Positions 1 to 13,600 of a stretch of DNA of 64,000 nt are shown here, one piece after another. The position numbers and the translations under genes were made by a program. The stretch is taken from contig NW_027117345.1 in NCBI RefSeq assembly GCF_038025025.1, positions 1,612,001 to 1,676,000 of the forward strand. The letters are read 5' to 3'. Position 1 is the first letter of the stretch. Every line of letters starts with the position of its first letter. The notes under the pieces were generated by a model, which saw only the letters and a list, made by a program, of their open reading frames with translations, was not told where the DNA came from and did not search any database. Source of the stretch: Phyllosticta citribraziliensis (Eukaryota).

Positions 1-682
1 CTCGCAATTCATTCTTGTTGAAAACAGTCTTGAAACGGAACGTGGTTGTGTCAGCATGGTGCCATGGGTAGAATGGCTGAGTTTCGTCTCCAGGCTCGGC
101 ATAGGCGAACTCGTGCCTGATGGACACCTCGCAACGCCATTGTGCGTTGGGCTCTTGTTTGTCCGTAAGCGTGATCTGCATGGGACATCGCGTGCAGGTG
201 CCGGTGCTGCGTGGCACCTGAATGCCAGAGATGGCATTGATGACTGAGCTTTTGCCGGCGCTTTGGTCGCCAACGACGACAATCTTGGGCGTGTTGCCGG
301 CGACGTGGTTGATTCCGAGGGTTTCAATGTGGGTGATTGTCTCAACCAGCTCTCTGATGTACTTGCCCACATTTTCAAGAGGCTGAGTTTCGGGCATGGC
401 TGTGACTACGACACATGTCAGCTTCAATCGCTGGGGGTTGAAGGCAATGGAGGCATCCGTACCAGACCTGCGAGACGGGGCTTGCTGATCGTTGAGGGTT
501 TCCTGTTTGACTCTTGTAGCCAGTGACTCGGTCTTTGCACGCTGATTCTGTGCAGGCGCTACTCCGGCAGATGAGGTCCCTTCCACAGTCCCGGCATCCA
601 CCAGCTCGACACTTGGTCGCTGTGATGGCTGGCGAGCGAGACGGCTGCCTCCGGCGCTGGTAGAGTTCCTGCGACCTGGCAT
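1..682 (-). CDS. Dynamin-superfamily GTPase (Mx-like), 5' part; runs off the window
   Basis: Hand translation of the minus strand: ATG 682 (MPGRRNSTS...), intron at about 400-462, then ...PKIVVVGDQSAGKSSVINAISGIQVPRSTGTCTRCPMQITL, containing the dynamin G1 (GDQSAGKS) and G2 (CTRCP) motifs. Absent from the ORF track because no stop lies within the window. Confidence 0.85.
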   Translation of the reverse strand, partial: MPGRRNSTSAGGSRLARQPSQRPSVELVDAGTVEGTSSAGVAPAQNQRAKTESLATRVKQETLNDQQAPSRRSGTDASIAFNPQRLKLTCVVVTAMPETQPLENVGKYIRELVETITHIETLGINHVAGNTPKIVVVGDQSAGKSSVINAISGIQVPRSTGTCTRCPMQITLTDKQEPNAQWRCEVSIRHEFAYAEPGDETQPFYPWHHADTTTFRFKTVFNKNELR

Positions 683-1837
683 TGGTGTAGAGGACAAAGG
701 TTGCGAGCAACAAAACAGCAGGCAGGGCGTGAAGTGAGTGAAGAAGAACGGTGCAGAGAGGTGATTGGAGTTGGAGAGGTGGGAGGAGGATGGTGGGCGA
801 GGTCGCTTTTTAAAATAAATCGCGAGCTAGGTCTGTCGGCGGGGCAGCAGCTGGGGTTGTTTGGTGAAAGCGTGGATGGGCTGTGGGTGGGTGGTGGATG
901 TCCCAGAGCAACAACAGAAGTTTACGAGAACCTGTGAACCGTCCGTGGCCAGCGACCAGAGACGATGCTGCAAACTGGGTTCCTGCGGAGGCAGAAGACG
1001 GCAAAATTGCAAAGATGTAGTATATGGACACGCCACGGCTGATGCATGTCCTGAGAGAGGTGGTTGGGAGCATCCACAACGGTAGCCGGAGGCGCCGTGA
1101 AGATGGATATCCCAATACATTACGGAGAGTCACAGAGCATCGTGAAGGCCGGGACAGTGCCTGGATACAGATACAGGTCTTTGAGTTTCTCAAGGCAGGG
1201 GGGCCCTGGAAAATATGCATGCACTGTGAGATACAGAAGTGGACTCCGTGGTAGCCGTAAGGTTGGAGGGTTCGCTTACGGCTCGTCGTGGTGTTTGGCT
1301 GCGACCTCGACCAAAGTTCCCCGACTTCTCGTGCCTTTCTACAGCCTCTTCACAGCGCATTGGATCCTGATTCCAACGCGACCCGCTCCTGCAGGTTGTA
1401 CAATGTCCCGCGCGCTCCGGTGGTCGTCATCGCGTGATGGGCTTGGCCTTGGCTTTGCGTCTGGCGCTGTGCCCTCTCTCGACTGTGGCAATGAGCCGGA
1501 GAGCTGTTGCAGGGTCACCAGACATGGTCCAAGCCGCCAGTGCAGTCAATTCTGTGGCGGTCGACAACGGAATGCCATCGAGAAGCAATGCCCGGCCGAT
1601 GCGTGGTTGATGGGCGCGAGTCGTCGTGTCGGCCATTTTCGAGGACGCGCCTTGAGTCGGCCTCCGCTGACCGCCTTCCCGCCCTCCAAGGGTCCGCGTC
1701 GCGTACTACCAGCCAGGGCAGGACTCCTTGCGCCGCTGCCCAGCCCGCCGTCACTCGGGAAAGCTGTCCTCTGCTCGATCCCTCTGATGCCAAACCCCCC
1801 CTTCTCGATTCTTGACTTGACCTGACTTGACTTGACC

Positions 1838-3324
1838 ATGAGCCTCCAAGTTCCTCTCAGAGCAAAGATGCCCGGCCATGCCCCCTCCACCAAGGCTGTC
1901 ATTCTGGTGCGCCGAGCTCCACTGTTTTCTGTCCACGAGCACCTTGCTAACACTCAATCCAGGTCGGTGGTCCCTCCAGAGGAACACGCTTCAGGCCCTT
2001 GTCTTTGGATGTCCCCAAGGTACTCCTCCTGCTGCCCAATTGCCTCGCCAATGCTGACCATGGCAGCCGCTGTTCGACGTCGCCGGTCACCCCATCATCG
2101 AACACTGCTTCCGCGCAATCACAAAGGTTCCGGACATCAAGGAAGTCTTCATTGTTGGCTACTACGACGAGTCCGTCTTCCGCGACTTCATCAAGGAATC
2201 TGCCAACAAGTTTCCCAACATCAAGCTTCAATATCTCCGCGAATACCAGGCGTTGGGTACCGCAGGCGGCCTCTACCACTTCCGCGATGCGATTCTCAAG
2301 GGACACCCCGAGCGCTTCTTCGTCATCAACGCCGACGTGTGCTGCTCCTTCCCGCTCAACGAGATGCTCAAGCTGTTTGAGGAGAAGGATGCCGAGGCTG
2401 TCATTCTGGGCACCCGCGTGAGCAACGAAGCCGCCACCAACTTTGGTTGCATAGTCTCAGACACGCACACGAAGCGGGTTCTGCACTACGTCGAGAAGCC
2501 CGAATCTCACATCTCGAACCTCATCAACTGCGGCGTCTACCTCTTCTCCACCGAGGCCATCTTCCCGTCGATTCGCTCTGCCATCAAGCGCCGCACCGAG
2601 CGTCCTCGCCTGCTCTCATACCCCTCGTCCGAGAACCTCGACTCGTCATTCATGCAAGCCGACGACGACGACGAAGGCGAGACCCAGGTCATTCGACTCG
2701 AGCAAGATATTCTGTCCGACCTGGCTGACAGCCGTCAATTCTACGTCCTCGAAACTAAGGATTTCTGGCGACAGATCAAGACTGCTGGATCCGCCGTGCC
2801 GGCCAATGCCCTTTACCTGCAAAAGGCGTGGCAGTCGGGATCAGAAGAGCTTGCGCAGCCCTCAGCCAACATCATCCCACCTGTCTTCATCCACCCTACG
2901 GCGCAGGTCGACCCCACCGCTAAGCTCGGTCCCAACGTGTCCATTGGACCAAGGGTGCACGTCGGAGCTGGTGTGCGCATCAAGGAGTCCATCGTGCTTG
3001 AGGACGCGTCCATCAAGCACGATGCTTGCGTGCTGTACACCATTGTGGGTTGGAGCAGCAAGGTCGGCGCATGGGCGCGTGTTGAAGGCACCCCGCTGCC
3101 GCACACCACGCACAACACCAGCATCGTCAAGAATGGCGTCAAGGTTCAGAGCATCACAATTCTTAGCAAGGAATGTGCTGTTGGAGATGAGGTGCGCGTG
3201 CAGAACTGCGTGTGTCTGCCAAACAAGGAGTTGAAGAAGGTAAGCTACGCTCTGCTTGCTCCAATACAAGTAGTACGTGTACTGATTGGTATCATAGGAC
3301 GTGGCCAACGAAGTCATCATGTGA
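1838..3324 (+). CDS. Mannose-1-phosphate guanylyltransferase (GMPPA/alpha-type), spliced
   Basis: KAVIL|VGGPSRGTRFRPLSLDVPK|PLFDVAGHP nucleotidyltransferase N-terminus across introns; C-terminal hexapeptide beta-helix; last exon DVANEVIM* after a GTAAGC..TAG intron. Confidence 0.92.
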
Positions 3325-5057
3325 AGAGGGAAAAAGATAAGCATTTTTCATGCATCTCCCCATCGGAGGGGAAATCAGAGGATGAACTGGGAGGAAATCA
3401 TTCACCAAAAGCACATACACCACTCCATCAGTCCATGCGTAGCTGACTACGCACCACATAGCCCATGGCGGTGTTAAAGGAACCTTAGTCATTATACCAC
3501 TGAATCACCCATTAATATCATCGTTTCTTGCGTCCTCATATTCGTCACTGCCATTTCCATTCTTGCATTAAGCCTTGTAGCCGAGGCTTCTTCTTCAATT
3601 GAGTTTGCTGAATAGAGCATTCGCAACGACAATGAGAGCTGATGGATGAAGCAACAATGGATATTCTATTCATGCGTACCAAACAACGACCGTGACTTCG
3701 TTCAAGACCGACCAATGAATGGCCCAATCTGATTCGACCCAATCCAATCCAACACACAGCAAAGGGCAGCCATCGCGCAGTAGCTACGTCATCGACGTCA
3801 TTCTACGCAGTCGGGCAGCCCTGTCCAGTAGTCCTCCGCACACTCTTCCCGCGCATCCATTCCTGTGCGAGCATTCATATACAGACAGACGCAACAACCC
3901 CTTGCCTCATTCCAGACAGGTGGACGCCGCGAATCGACGATGATGACGGGATGCTCCACCCACTGAGCAAGCACGCAAGCAAGCAAGAAACAAAGAGAGA
4001 AAGAAGCCGATTCTTCACATTTCCCAGCGACACGATGGGAAGACACCTTTCTGTACAACACCCGAATGTTCATTCGCTCGCTCATCAAGCCCCCAGTCGT
4101 CCAGTCCAGCTTGGTCCAGCTAGCCCGCCGACCAATCAACCAACCAATCCCATCCATTCATCCGTCGTTTTCGTGTGTTCGTGTTCAGTCCTTCTATCCA
4201 GGAGCACCGGGTGCGCATCACAAAAAGACAGCGCAGAGCACCAGGGGGGAAAAGCAAAGAAAAGGATAATAAACAAGACCCCCCCTCCCAGTCTCTGGTG
4301 AAAGCAGAGCAAACAAGCAAGCAGCAAGTCGAACACGGGGAAAAAAAGAAAGAGGAAACCGTCACGCGTGGTCCAAGCCCAACACTCACTCTGCACCATA
4401 ATGCAAGCAAGGAGAATGGGGAGGGGGAGAAAAGAGGTTGCAAGCGAAAGAAGGAAGAAGTGAAAATAGGCCCTCCCACGCCAGTCTGCCTACCTACCTG
4501 ACCTGCCTGCCTGCCGTGGTAGAATGCCCACGGTGCACCCGTCTCAGCTCGCCGTAAAACGCCTTTTGGTGTCTGCCTAATACAAAAGAGAAGAAAGAGA
4601 AGAAAGAGAAGAAAGAGTGTGAAAAGGGAGGCCGCCGACGGAAGAACAGGGCGGTAGGAATGAAACAGAGGAAGACGCCAACCACCTTGTAGATTTCGAG
4701 GTGGAGGCGTATCTTGTTCCCCACCACGCAACTATTCATCCAGTCCTGGCGGCCATCCAGTCCGGCCTAGTCCACCTCCTGCTGTGACTTTGACATGAGA
4801 CCCATGTACCCGCCGCCGCCCGCTTCCACCAAAGACCTCGATTTTCATTTTGCCTGATTTTGTTGGGCGGTGATTTCGTTTTGCTGGCCAAAGCTCGAGC
4901 GCAAATAGAGAAAGGCCGGGAAGAGGCAGTGGAGAACATTGCTCAAGGGAGCGCAACTCGTTCGGGTTCGTGTCATCCGGGCCCAGCGAAAACAAATGTT
5001 GGTTCGCACGCAAGCAAGCAACCGCGAGAGACGGCCGGACAGATGAGAGCGAAGCCA

Positions 5058-6299
5058 CTAGTGATATCCGTTCTTCAAGCTCGGCACGTATGCGCTGTCC
5101 TCGGTAAAGTACGGGTGCTGGCACGCCTGCTTGGCCGAAATGCGACCTGCCGGGTCGTACACAAGCAACGCGTCGAGGAGGTCGAGACCGTTATCGTCGA
5201 GAGCTGGCACGACGGCTGCAACGTCCGTCCTGTGCCACTTGGGGAATGACGGCTTGAAGTCAGGGAACGACGTGACGCCAGGCCAATCTTGTTCGGAGGG
5301 GGTGCCCAGGATGCTGTATTGGCAAGGTTAGTTGTAACTCAGGAGAACAAGGGGGTAATCAGGGGGCTGACGAAGCCCTGCACCCGGGTTTCACGAGCTA
5401 GGGGCAAGGTGCTGTTGCACACATACCGGAAAATCTTGAAGATTTCGTCGATTTCGGAGTCGCCTGGGAAAAGAGGCTTGCGAGTGCACATTTCGGCAAA
5501 GATGCAGCCTGCAGACCACATGTCGACGCCGGTCGAGTACTGACGACCACCGAGAAGAATCTCCGGGGCGCGATACCACAAAGTAACGACCTATCCGCGA
5601 CGGTCAGTCAATGTCCAGGAACATGTGCCTTGCATCGCTGTCTGTGCTTCGGCCCAGACCGGTGGTGCACCTACCTCGTGAGTGTACGTCCGCAAGGGCA
5701 CACCAAAGGCCCTGGCAAGACCAAAATCTGCCAATTTCAGGTTGCCTTCCTGGTTGATGAGTAGGTTCTGGGGCTTGAGGTCGCGGTGGAGAACGCGATG
5801 GGCGTGGCAGTATCGGATGCCCTCGATCAGCTGGCTCATGAACTTCTTGACAATGTCCGGCCCGAGACCCGGGTGGTGCATGTTGGCGTCCGGGAGCGCC
5901 TTGCCGCGGCCGCCCTGGCTCACTGGCAGAGCCTCCATGTACTTCTTGAGGTCGAGGTCCAGATACTCGAAGACGAGGTAAAGCTTGTGTCCGTCGGCAT
6001 GCACAATGTTGAGCAAGCGCACAATGTTGGCATTGTTCATCTCCTTGAGCAGGGAGATTTCGCGAATGGCGGTGCTGGGGACGCCCTCGTCCTCGGCCTC
6101 GAGACGGATCTTCTTGAGGGCAACAATGCGCTGGTCCTTGGTCGTCAGATCGCGCGCCTTGTAAACGACCCCGTAGGTTCCTGGACGCAGATTGCGGTCA
6201 GCCATATTCGGGCAGGGATGTGATTTCGAAGCTGGCAGATACTGCCATCCGGATAGCCATACCCTCTCCAATCTTTTCTATCTTTTGGTAGTTCTCCAT
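5058..6299 (-). CDS. cdc2: Cyclin-dependent kinase 1 (Cdc2/Cdc28), 4 exons
   Basis: [36 protein letters not shown] (PSTAIRE), [45 protein letters not shown]; stop TAG at 5058-5060. Confidence 0.97.
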
Positions 6300-6777
6300 G
6301 TCGACGGGTGCAGGGCAAGTCTTGTTGCAGGCTCAATCAACAGTCGTCGGTCGATGCGGTGGTCTCCGGGGGGGCTCGCGGGGCGGCGACGGGTCAATCA
6401 GCTCGCAACAGGAGTTGAGGGCCGGTGGAAGGCGGCAGTAGCGGAGCGTCGTCGGTGCTGGAGGGTTAGTAGAGGCGTGGGAACGAGAGGGGTTGGAGCA
6501 GTTGTGTTGGCCAGCGGACGGGCTTAAGAGTCTTGTTGCCGCAGCTCGTGTGTTTACGTCCAGAGGGCAGCGCCCGCGCCGAAGCCAATCAAGGCCCTTG
6601 GTGCGTCCGAGTCCGTGCCCTCACCGCCCGACGTCCAAGGAATCGCGTCCAGTCTGCCTCCCGTCAGTGCGTGAGGACTCTACACTCAACACCACGACCA
6701 CACGGCAGACACGGCTCCCACTGGGCGCTGCTCCGGCTCCAGCACCATCCCACCAGACCTTCAAAGCCACACAAACC

Positions 6778-7864
6778 ATGTCACAATCTCTAGACGCCCA
6801 CCAACGGCCGCCCATCCACCTCCGAAACGTCTACAAGAAGTTCCAGAAACTGCGCGGCCATGACCTACAATCCGATTCCGATATAATAGACCTAACGCGT
6901 CCTGCCTCGGTAAATCAGCTCCACGTCAAACGCTCCCTTGACTCTACAATTACACAACCGCTGTTCCAAACCTTCTTGGGCGCAGATGCTGAGCAGTCGA
7001 CTCCGCCATCTGCATCCGTACCTGTCTACGAACATCCGTCCATGCCAGGTACGCCCCGAGTCAATCTCACTTTGGCTACGTAAACTTCCTGATGTCAGAA
7101 TGGTAGGTCTCCACGCGATACCTTCTCTTTTCCCTCCCGACGTTCAAAAGCTGTTGCTCTCGCGCCTGATCCACAGAGATCTCTCGGATCAAGCCCACAA
7201 AACCAACGTACATATGCACTACGAAGTTCCCTATCCGTCTGGCCATTCATTCTTCTCCATAGCTCCTTCATCCGAGCCAGTGTTTCTCCCCAAGGACCCC
7301 ACCGTTCACAAGCCGCTCTCCATCAACCAGTTCCTAGGTCGCAAGCTACGATGGGTCACCCTTGGAGGACAGTATGACTGGACCGAAAAGTTATATCCTT
7401 CAACTCCGCCTCCGCCATTCCCTCCGGACATAGGCGAGCTGCTCCAAGGTTTATATCCAGAAATGAGGGCAGAGGCAGCAATCGTCAATTTCTACACGCC
7501 CGGCGACACGTTGAGCATGCATCGCGATGTCAGCGAGGAATGTGAGCGTGGCTTGGTCAGTATCAGCATAGGTTGTGACGGCATATTTGTAATAGGCCGC
7601 AACGACGAAAGCGAGACGGATTCTTCCACGGTCCTTGCTTTCCGCTTAAGGTCGGGCGATGCTGTATACATGTCTGGAGAGTCCCGGTTTGCCTGGCACG
7701 GTGTGCCCCAAGTGATTCCCGGTACGTGCCCCGAGTGGCTCAAGGAGTGGCCGGCGCGATCAGCAAACGAGGAGGCGGAAGAGCCCAGCCCCCGCTATGA
7801 GCAATGGAGGGGGTGGATGCAAACGAAGCGCATCAACGTCAATGTACGCCAGATGAGGGAGTAG
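6778..7864 (+). CDS. AlkB-family 2OG-Fe(II) dioxygenase (ALKBH1-like)
   Basis: KLRWVTLGGQYDW, EAAIVNFY, HRD (HxD), SRFAWHGV, RINVNVRQ motifs; intron at about 7049-7107. Confidence 0.9.
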
Positions 7865-8999
7865 CTGCGCGTAGGAAGTATGAGTCTCGGCTTTCCGACA
7901 CTGCGGCATCAGCGTACCTGACAGAAATGTTCGCCACCTTCGAGCTGGGTGTTGAATTTCCAATCGTCACAAGTTCAAATAGCAATCGAAGCTGTCTGCG
8001 GAGTGTGTTCGCCCTCCCACCCTGAAGCAAGACATCGGAATCTTTTGTGGAGTGAGGTTTGCATGCAGCATCCTGGTCCGCCGCCGTGGTAACCCAAATT
8101 GTTGCAATGTCAAGCTGACCCTGCGAATCCACGAAGCCTAATTACGTACGATTAAACGTGATGTAACCAGACTACATGTAAAGTCGCCGTCTGCCAGATC
8201 ATTGATCAGCGGGGGAAGTGATGCCCGAAACGTGGTTTTTGATCCCACGAGTTCTGCCATAAGACGCTTGCTGAACGAAGCTTAGCCTACTTTGTATGCA
8301 GGCGTGTTAGTGCGGGGCGATTGATCTTGCATCGGAACTGTTGAGCATCTCGTAGGCAGTGTGCATTTGATCAAAGTAGGTACATGTAGCGAGTACAGAT
8401 CACCTGCGAGGAGAGGCAAGTGCCAATTATAAATCCGGACGACCAACATATCCGGACGACTAACGTAAATCAAACTAACGCCAAAAAGCAGGTTCTCGGG
8501 AGGCTGACAGTTATACAATAAGCACTCAAAATCCTCAAGAGCGAGCACCGAGAGATTCAACTCTGATTGCTCTAAACTCCGGATTTGTAAGAGGCGAAGA
8601 TGGCGTCATAGCGGACCCTGAACCGTGCTGTAAGCGCGCACGCATAATTCTTGAGAGAGCAACAAGCAAGCAGCCGATCCAGACATCGGGAACTGGAAGT
8701 CACTCGAAATCTTTCAATTGGTTCGTAAAGTTTCTACAGCCTGTGATTACGAACCTTGGTTTTGGTTTTCGGGCCCGAGCACTCCACTTCGGAGCAGCTG
8801 GCGTCAACACCTAATGCTGGCATCCCTGATCCCGCCGCTGATGGTGGGTAGCGCTAGCGGGTAAAGCTGATCCGCATGGAGGAGCTATGGATCCGTGGTG
8901 AGGTATAAGAGAGAACTGACGTGCAGCCGGTGACGCCTCATTTCGTCGCATCTTCACCGCTTCTGACTTGCTCTCCAACGTTCTTCGAAGACTTCCACC

Positions 9000-10154
9000 A
9001 TGACCACAGCATTCCAAGACCCTGCCCTCCCCAAAGGCTCGACCATCCTGGTGACAGGTGTCAATGGTCTCATCGGCTCCCATGTCGCGGACCAGCTCAT
9101 CAAGTTTGGCTACAAAGTCCGCGGTACGGTTCGCGAGCCCAGCAAGCACAAGTGGATCGAGGATCTTTTCGAGAAGAGCTATGGACCAGGCAAAATCGAA
9201 CTGGTCTCTGTGAAGGACATGGCTGTTGAAGGTGCATTTGATGAAGCCGTCAAAGGTAACCTGGTCGCTACCCCTTCCTGCTCATCAACAGTACTAATGG
9301 TGTGTCTCAGGGGTATCGGGTGTCGCGCACGTCGCCTCGGTCCTGACGTTCGACTTGGACCCTGAAAAGGTCATTCCTCCCGTCGTTGCCGGTACCCTGA
9401 ATGCTGCCAAGGCGGCTGCGAAAGAGCCCAGCGTCAAGCGTTTCGTCCTGACCTCTTCTGCCGTGGCGGCAACCTTCGCCAACACCGAGAAGGAGACTGT
9501 CGTCGACGAAAACTCTTGGGATGAGTGGGCTGTGAATGAGTCGAAGAAACGGACTCCTGAACTTGAAGAAGTGCGCAGCTACATCGTGTATGCTGCTAGT
9601 AAGACCGTGGGCGAGCAAGAATTGTGGAAGTGGTATCGGGAGACCAAGCCACACTTCGTGGTGAACACGGTTTTGCCCTACGCCAACTTTGGACTTTGCT
9701 TGGACCCCAAGAACCAGGGAACGCCTTCAACTGCTGGATGGGTGCCCGCTTTGATCAAGGGAGACATGAGCAACCCCTCTCTGCACGCTCCGCCGCGTAC
9801 GTCAATGTCGAACTACCCTTTTGGAGTATGCAGTTACTGACGATACCGCTAGAATACTACGTCGACACCCAAGATACGGCTCTTCAACACGTAGCTGGGC
9901 TCATCGATCCCGAAGTCAAGGATGAGCGCATCTTTGGCTTTGCTGGCAAGTACAATCTTGACATGGCCCTCGAGATTTTGCGCAAGCAGTATCCTCAGCA
10001 CAAGTTCCCCGAAAACTACCATTCGAAATTCGATCAGACCAACATAGCTCCGGCGACTCAGGCCAGAGGAGAGGAGGTTTTGAAAAGGCTGGGCAGGCCG
10101 GGATGGACTCCTTTCGAAGAGTCCGTCAAGAAGAATGCCGCGGCGGTGCTCTGA
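9000..10154 (+). CDS. NAD(P)-dependent extended SDR / aldehyde reductase (Gre2/ARII-like)
   Basis: ILVTGVNGLIGSHV Rossmann motif, RFVLTSS, YAASK catalytic motif; two introns; TATA-like TATAAGA near 8904. Confidence 0.9.
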
Positions 10155-10631
10155 GTCGGTACAGGTCAGGACAGAAGGCCAAGGAAAGTCATGGCTGGCA
10201 CTGGACGGGATAGTTGGATGTTGCAAGCGCGTCGATGCAGGTTGTAGCGAAAATATCACCCAGTCGAAACCGTGTGTTGGCGTGCCATGCAGAGTGACGG
10301 CGTTGTTCCTTGGAGAACTTCCCTGAGCGGATTAGCAATTGAGGTCAGGGAAGGCAAGGTGAGGTAAGCGAGCCGTCGGGGTGCTCCACCTTTCCGCTGC
10401 CGGTTGCTAGCGCAACCGGGCCGACAACGTGCCTGCGGTGCCCATCAATGAGATTCGCCCAAGCGTCAGGTCAACACTCGCTGGACTTGTTCCGTCCACT
10501 GCCCTGCCCAAAACCAGTCACTGCACCTGGCCAGTCGACTGCTTCCCCCAGCACATCACAGCGCCAAGCAAGCGGGTCAGGTATTCGGCGATCCTGGCCC
10601 ACTCATTCCAAGCGCAAAATTATTGACCTGA

Positions 10632-13600
10632 ATGTCCAAGTCCAGAAAAGACACTCGACGAGGGCCTTTTCGACCTAGCAATACGCTCTCCTCCAAACCC
10701 GCATCGTCCTTATCCAGCCAGGGATCCGACAATACCTCAAAGAATCTCGAAGACCTTCTCGAATACGCGCCGATCGACTATTCCCGTCTCCTGGGACACG
10801 AAGCTATCGTGGTTCTTGACGCGTCGAGCCAAAGTCTCTCAGCGCAACGATTGGGTCGTTCTCCACAACAAAGTCCTGCCAGCAGTTTGAGACTCGGCGA
10901 TTCCAGCTCGCTTTTTGAAGAGAGCGAGTACAATCCGCGGCTGAGCCCTGCAACTCCGCCTTCACAGCGCCAGGCGCGACTCTGTGAGGCCTCGAAGAGA
11001 CCGAAGACATCGATAGACGTAGACAACCTATATTGGGGTGGAGAAATTTCTAAAGACTTCAAATACCGTTCGGACAAGGGAAAGACGCAAGAACTCATCA
11101 TGGTCAACGAACGGGAACCTCCCAGGCCAATGGACCACCACCAGCGGCCGCCACCTCCGAGGCCGGTGCATGACCTTACCAGCACGCCCTCTGCGCCAAA
11201 GTTTGGCGAAGCTAGTCCGCTCCGCAATCCTCTCATGCGCGACCAACAATCAAACGTCTTTATAAACAGGAAGCCAGGACATCGACCAGAGTTCCACAAG
11301 ACCAACTCTCAAGGCTTCCAGAGAGGTGCGGCCCAACCTGTTGGAATACCAAAGCCGGCTGGTCCCAAACTGCACACCATTCCCCCGACGCCTCGCCAGG
11401 TCTTCTCTTCTGCTGCTCGTCCAATGCAAGGATTTGTTCCCATCAACAACTATGATAAGCCCAAGCCTCTCGACTTCTCGGGTGGCAAGAAACCCATCGA
11501 CTTGACCGGAAGCGATGACGAATTTGATGCGGACGCTGCTATTAGAAAGGACCAAGGCTTCGGCGCCGTGGATCCGTTTGCCTATGTTGAATCCAACCAG
11601 GCGAATGACAACATCAAAGCGTTGCTTGAAGGCGCTTTCGAAGAAGATGACGATGACAAACCCAAGACGCGTTTGCGACGCAGGAAGAAGAAGGAGCAAA
11701 GCCAAAAGGAAGAAAGCAAGGTTATGAACCTTGCTGACAGGCTCAAGGCGCTTGACATGAAGTTGGAGGCAAAGAAAGCGCCAGAGCCGGAGCCGGAAGA
11801 AGAGGAAGAAGAAGAGGATGATGGAACTGTCGACGGCCTAGATGTAAGGCTGTTGCCCCACCAAGTCGACGGTGTGTCTTGGATGACCGATAAGGAGAGC
11901 GGACCGCGTAAGAAGAATGGTGTGCTTCCAAAGGGCGGCATCCTGGCTGATGATGTAAGTCTCGAGGCCCATTCTAGAAAGTGGAAGCTAAAACTTGCTA
12001 TAGATGGGTCTGGGAAAAACAATCCAGTCAATTGCACTCATCCTCAGCAACCCTCGTCCAGATCCCGATGAGGTAGCCGCGGATCCCAAAGCCAAGAAGG
12101 ACCCCAACAAGATACCCTCTTCCGTCGGCAAGTCCACTCTTGTTGTAGCGCCTTTGGCCCTGATCAAACAATGGGAGGCGGAAATCAAGACGAAGGTGCT
12201 GTCTTCTCACGGCCTAAGAGTCAAGGTTCATCACGGCCAGTCGCGTACGAAATCAGCAGATGAACTCAAGAAATACGACGTCGTCATCACGACGTATCAT
12301 GTCATCGCCTCTGAGCACTCTGCCAGTTCCGATGCAGACGGACCCAGGGTCGGCTGCTTTGGAGTGCATTGGTACCGTGTCATGCTTGACGAAGCTCACA
12401 CGATCAAGAACCGCAATGCGAAAATGACAAAGGCTGCATACGCTCTCCGTTCGCATTACCGCTGGTGCTTAACGGGAACGCCTATGCAGAACAACCTGGA
12501 CGAGCTGCAAAGTCTGATTAAATTTCTCCGAATTAAGCCATACGATGAGCTATCCAGGTGGAAGAACGACATTGCTGGCCCCATGAAGAATGGTCGTGGA
12601 AATCTGGCCATGCGGAGACTGCAGGTATTCCTCAAGGCATTCATGAAAAGGAGAACCAAGGACGTGCTGAAGAAGGACGGTGCGCTCAACCCTGGTGGCA
12701 AGGCTTCGAAGGATGGCAAGGGGACGGAAGGTTTCAAGATTGTTGGACGCAAAATCGAAACGATCGTTGCTGACTTTTCACCCGAAGAACGACGCTTCTA
12801 CGACCGCCTGGCAGACAGGGCTCAGAATCGTTTGAAGGAGCTGATGGGAGGCGCGAAGAATGACTACATTGGTGCCTTGGTGTTGCTCTTGCGTCTCCGA
12901 CAGGCCTGCAACCATCCTGAGCTCGTGGGTGGCCAAGTTGGACAAGACAAGGATGCCATTGCTGGTGCTGGCTCTGGTGGTGCACCAGCGGGATCGCAAA
13001 CTCCACGGAAGTCGAAATCGGAAGAAAGCAAGGAGCTGGATGACGTTGCCGACCTGTTCGGTAGTCTCACGGTCGCCACCAAACTGTGTGACGTCTGTCA
13101 GATTGAGATTTCGAAAGACGAGGCCTCAGCCGGTGCTGTCAGATGCGCCGATTGTGAGGCTGACCTTGCCGCACAAAAGCAGAAGCACAAGAAGAAGCGC
13201 AAGTCCAAGGGAAAGGAAAAGAAGCCAAAGACAGTGGAGCTTGATCAGGACGAGGGAGACGAATCACCCCGGAAGCCTGCTAGAATGATGCGCAAAAAGC
13301 CCGTCATTGTCGACAGCGATGACGAAGAGGAGGGAGATTGGGTTATTCCCGAGAAGGAACGCAGCTCGACCGATCTTGGCAAGGCGGGTGGTACTGATGA
13401 CGAGAACGCAGATGGTCCTGGAGAGTGGTTGGAATCCGAAGAATCCGACTCTGGCGACGAGCCCGGTACTCCTACACCAAAGAAGGTCATCAATCTCGTT
13501 TCGTCAGAAGGCGAGCAAGATTCTGAATCAGAGTCAGAAGATGAAGAGGAGGAGGATTCAGAATACGACAGCGACTCTCCTGAGGACTTCCGAATGGTGC

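Noticed and set aside
810..1835. Overlapping ORFs and a (GACTT)n run in the divergent promoter
   Set aside because: No domain-like features; GC-rich chance ORFs and an ordinary microsatellite.
3700..5050. ORFs and purine-rich tracts between the GDP-mannose pyrophosphorylase gene and cdc2, including TGATGA..CTGA at about 3941-3967
   Set aside because: Low-complexity translations; best explained as a long U-rich 3' UTR of cdc2; the C/D pair is too closely spaced.
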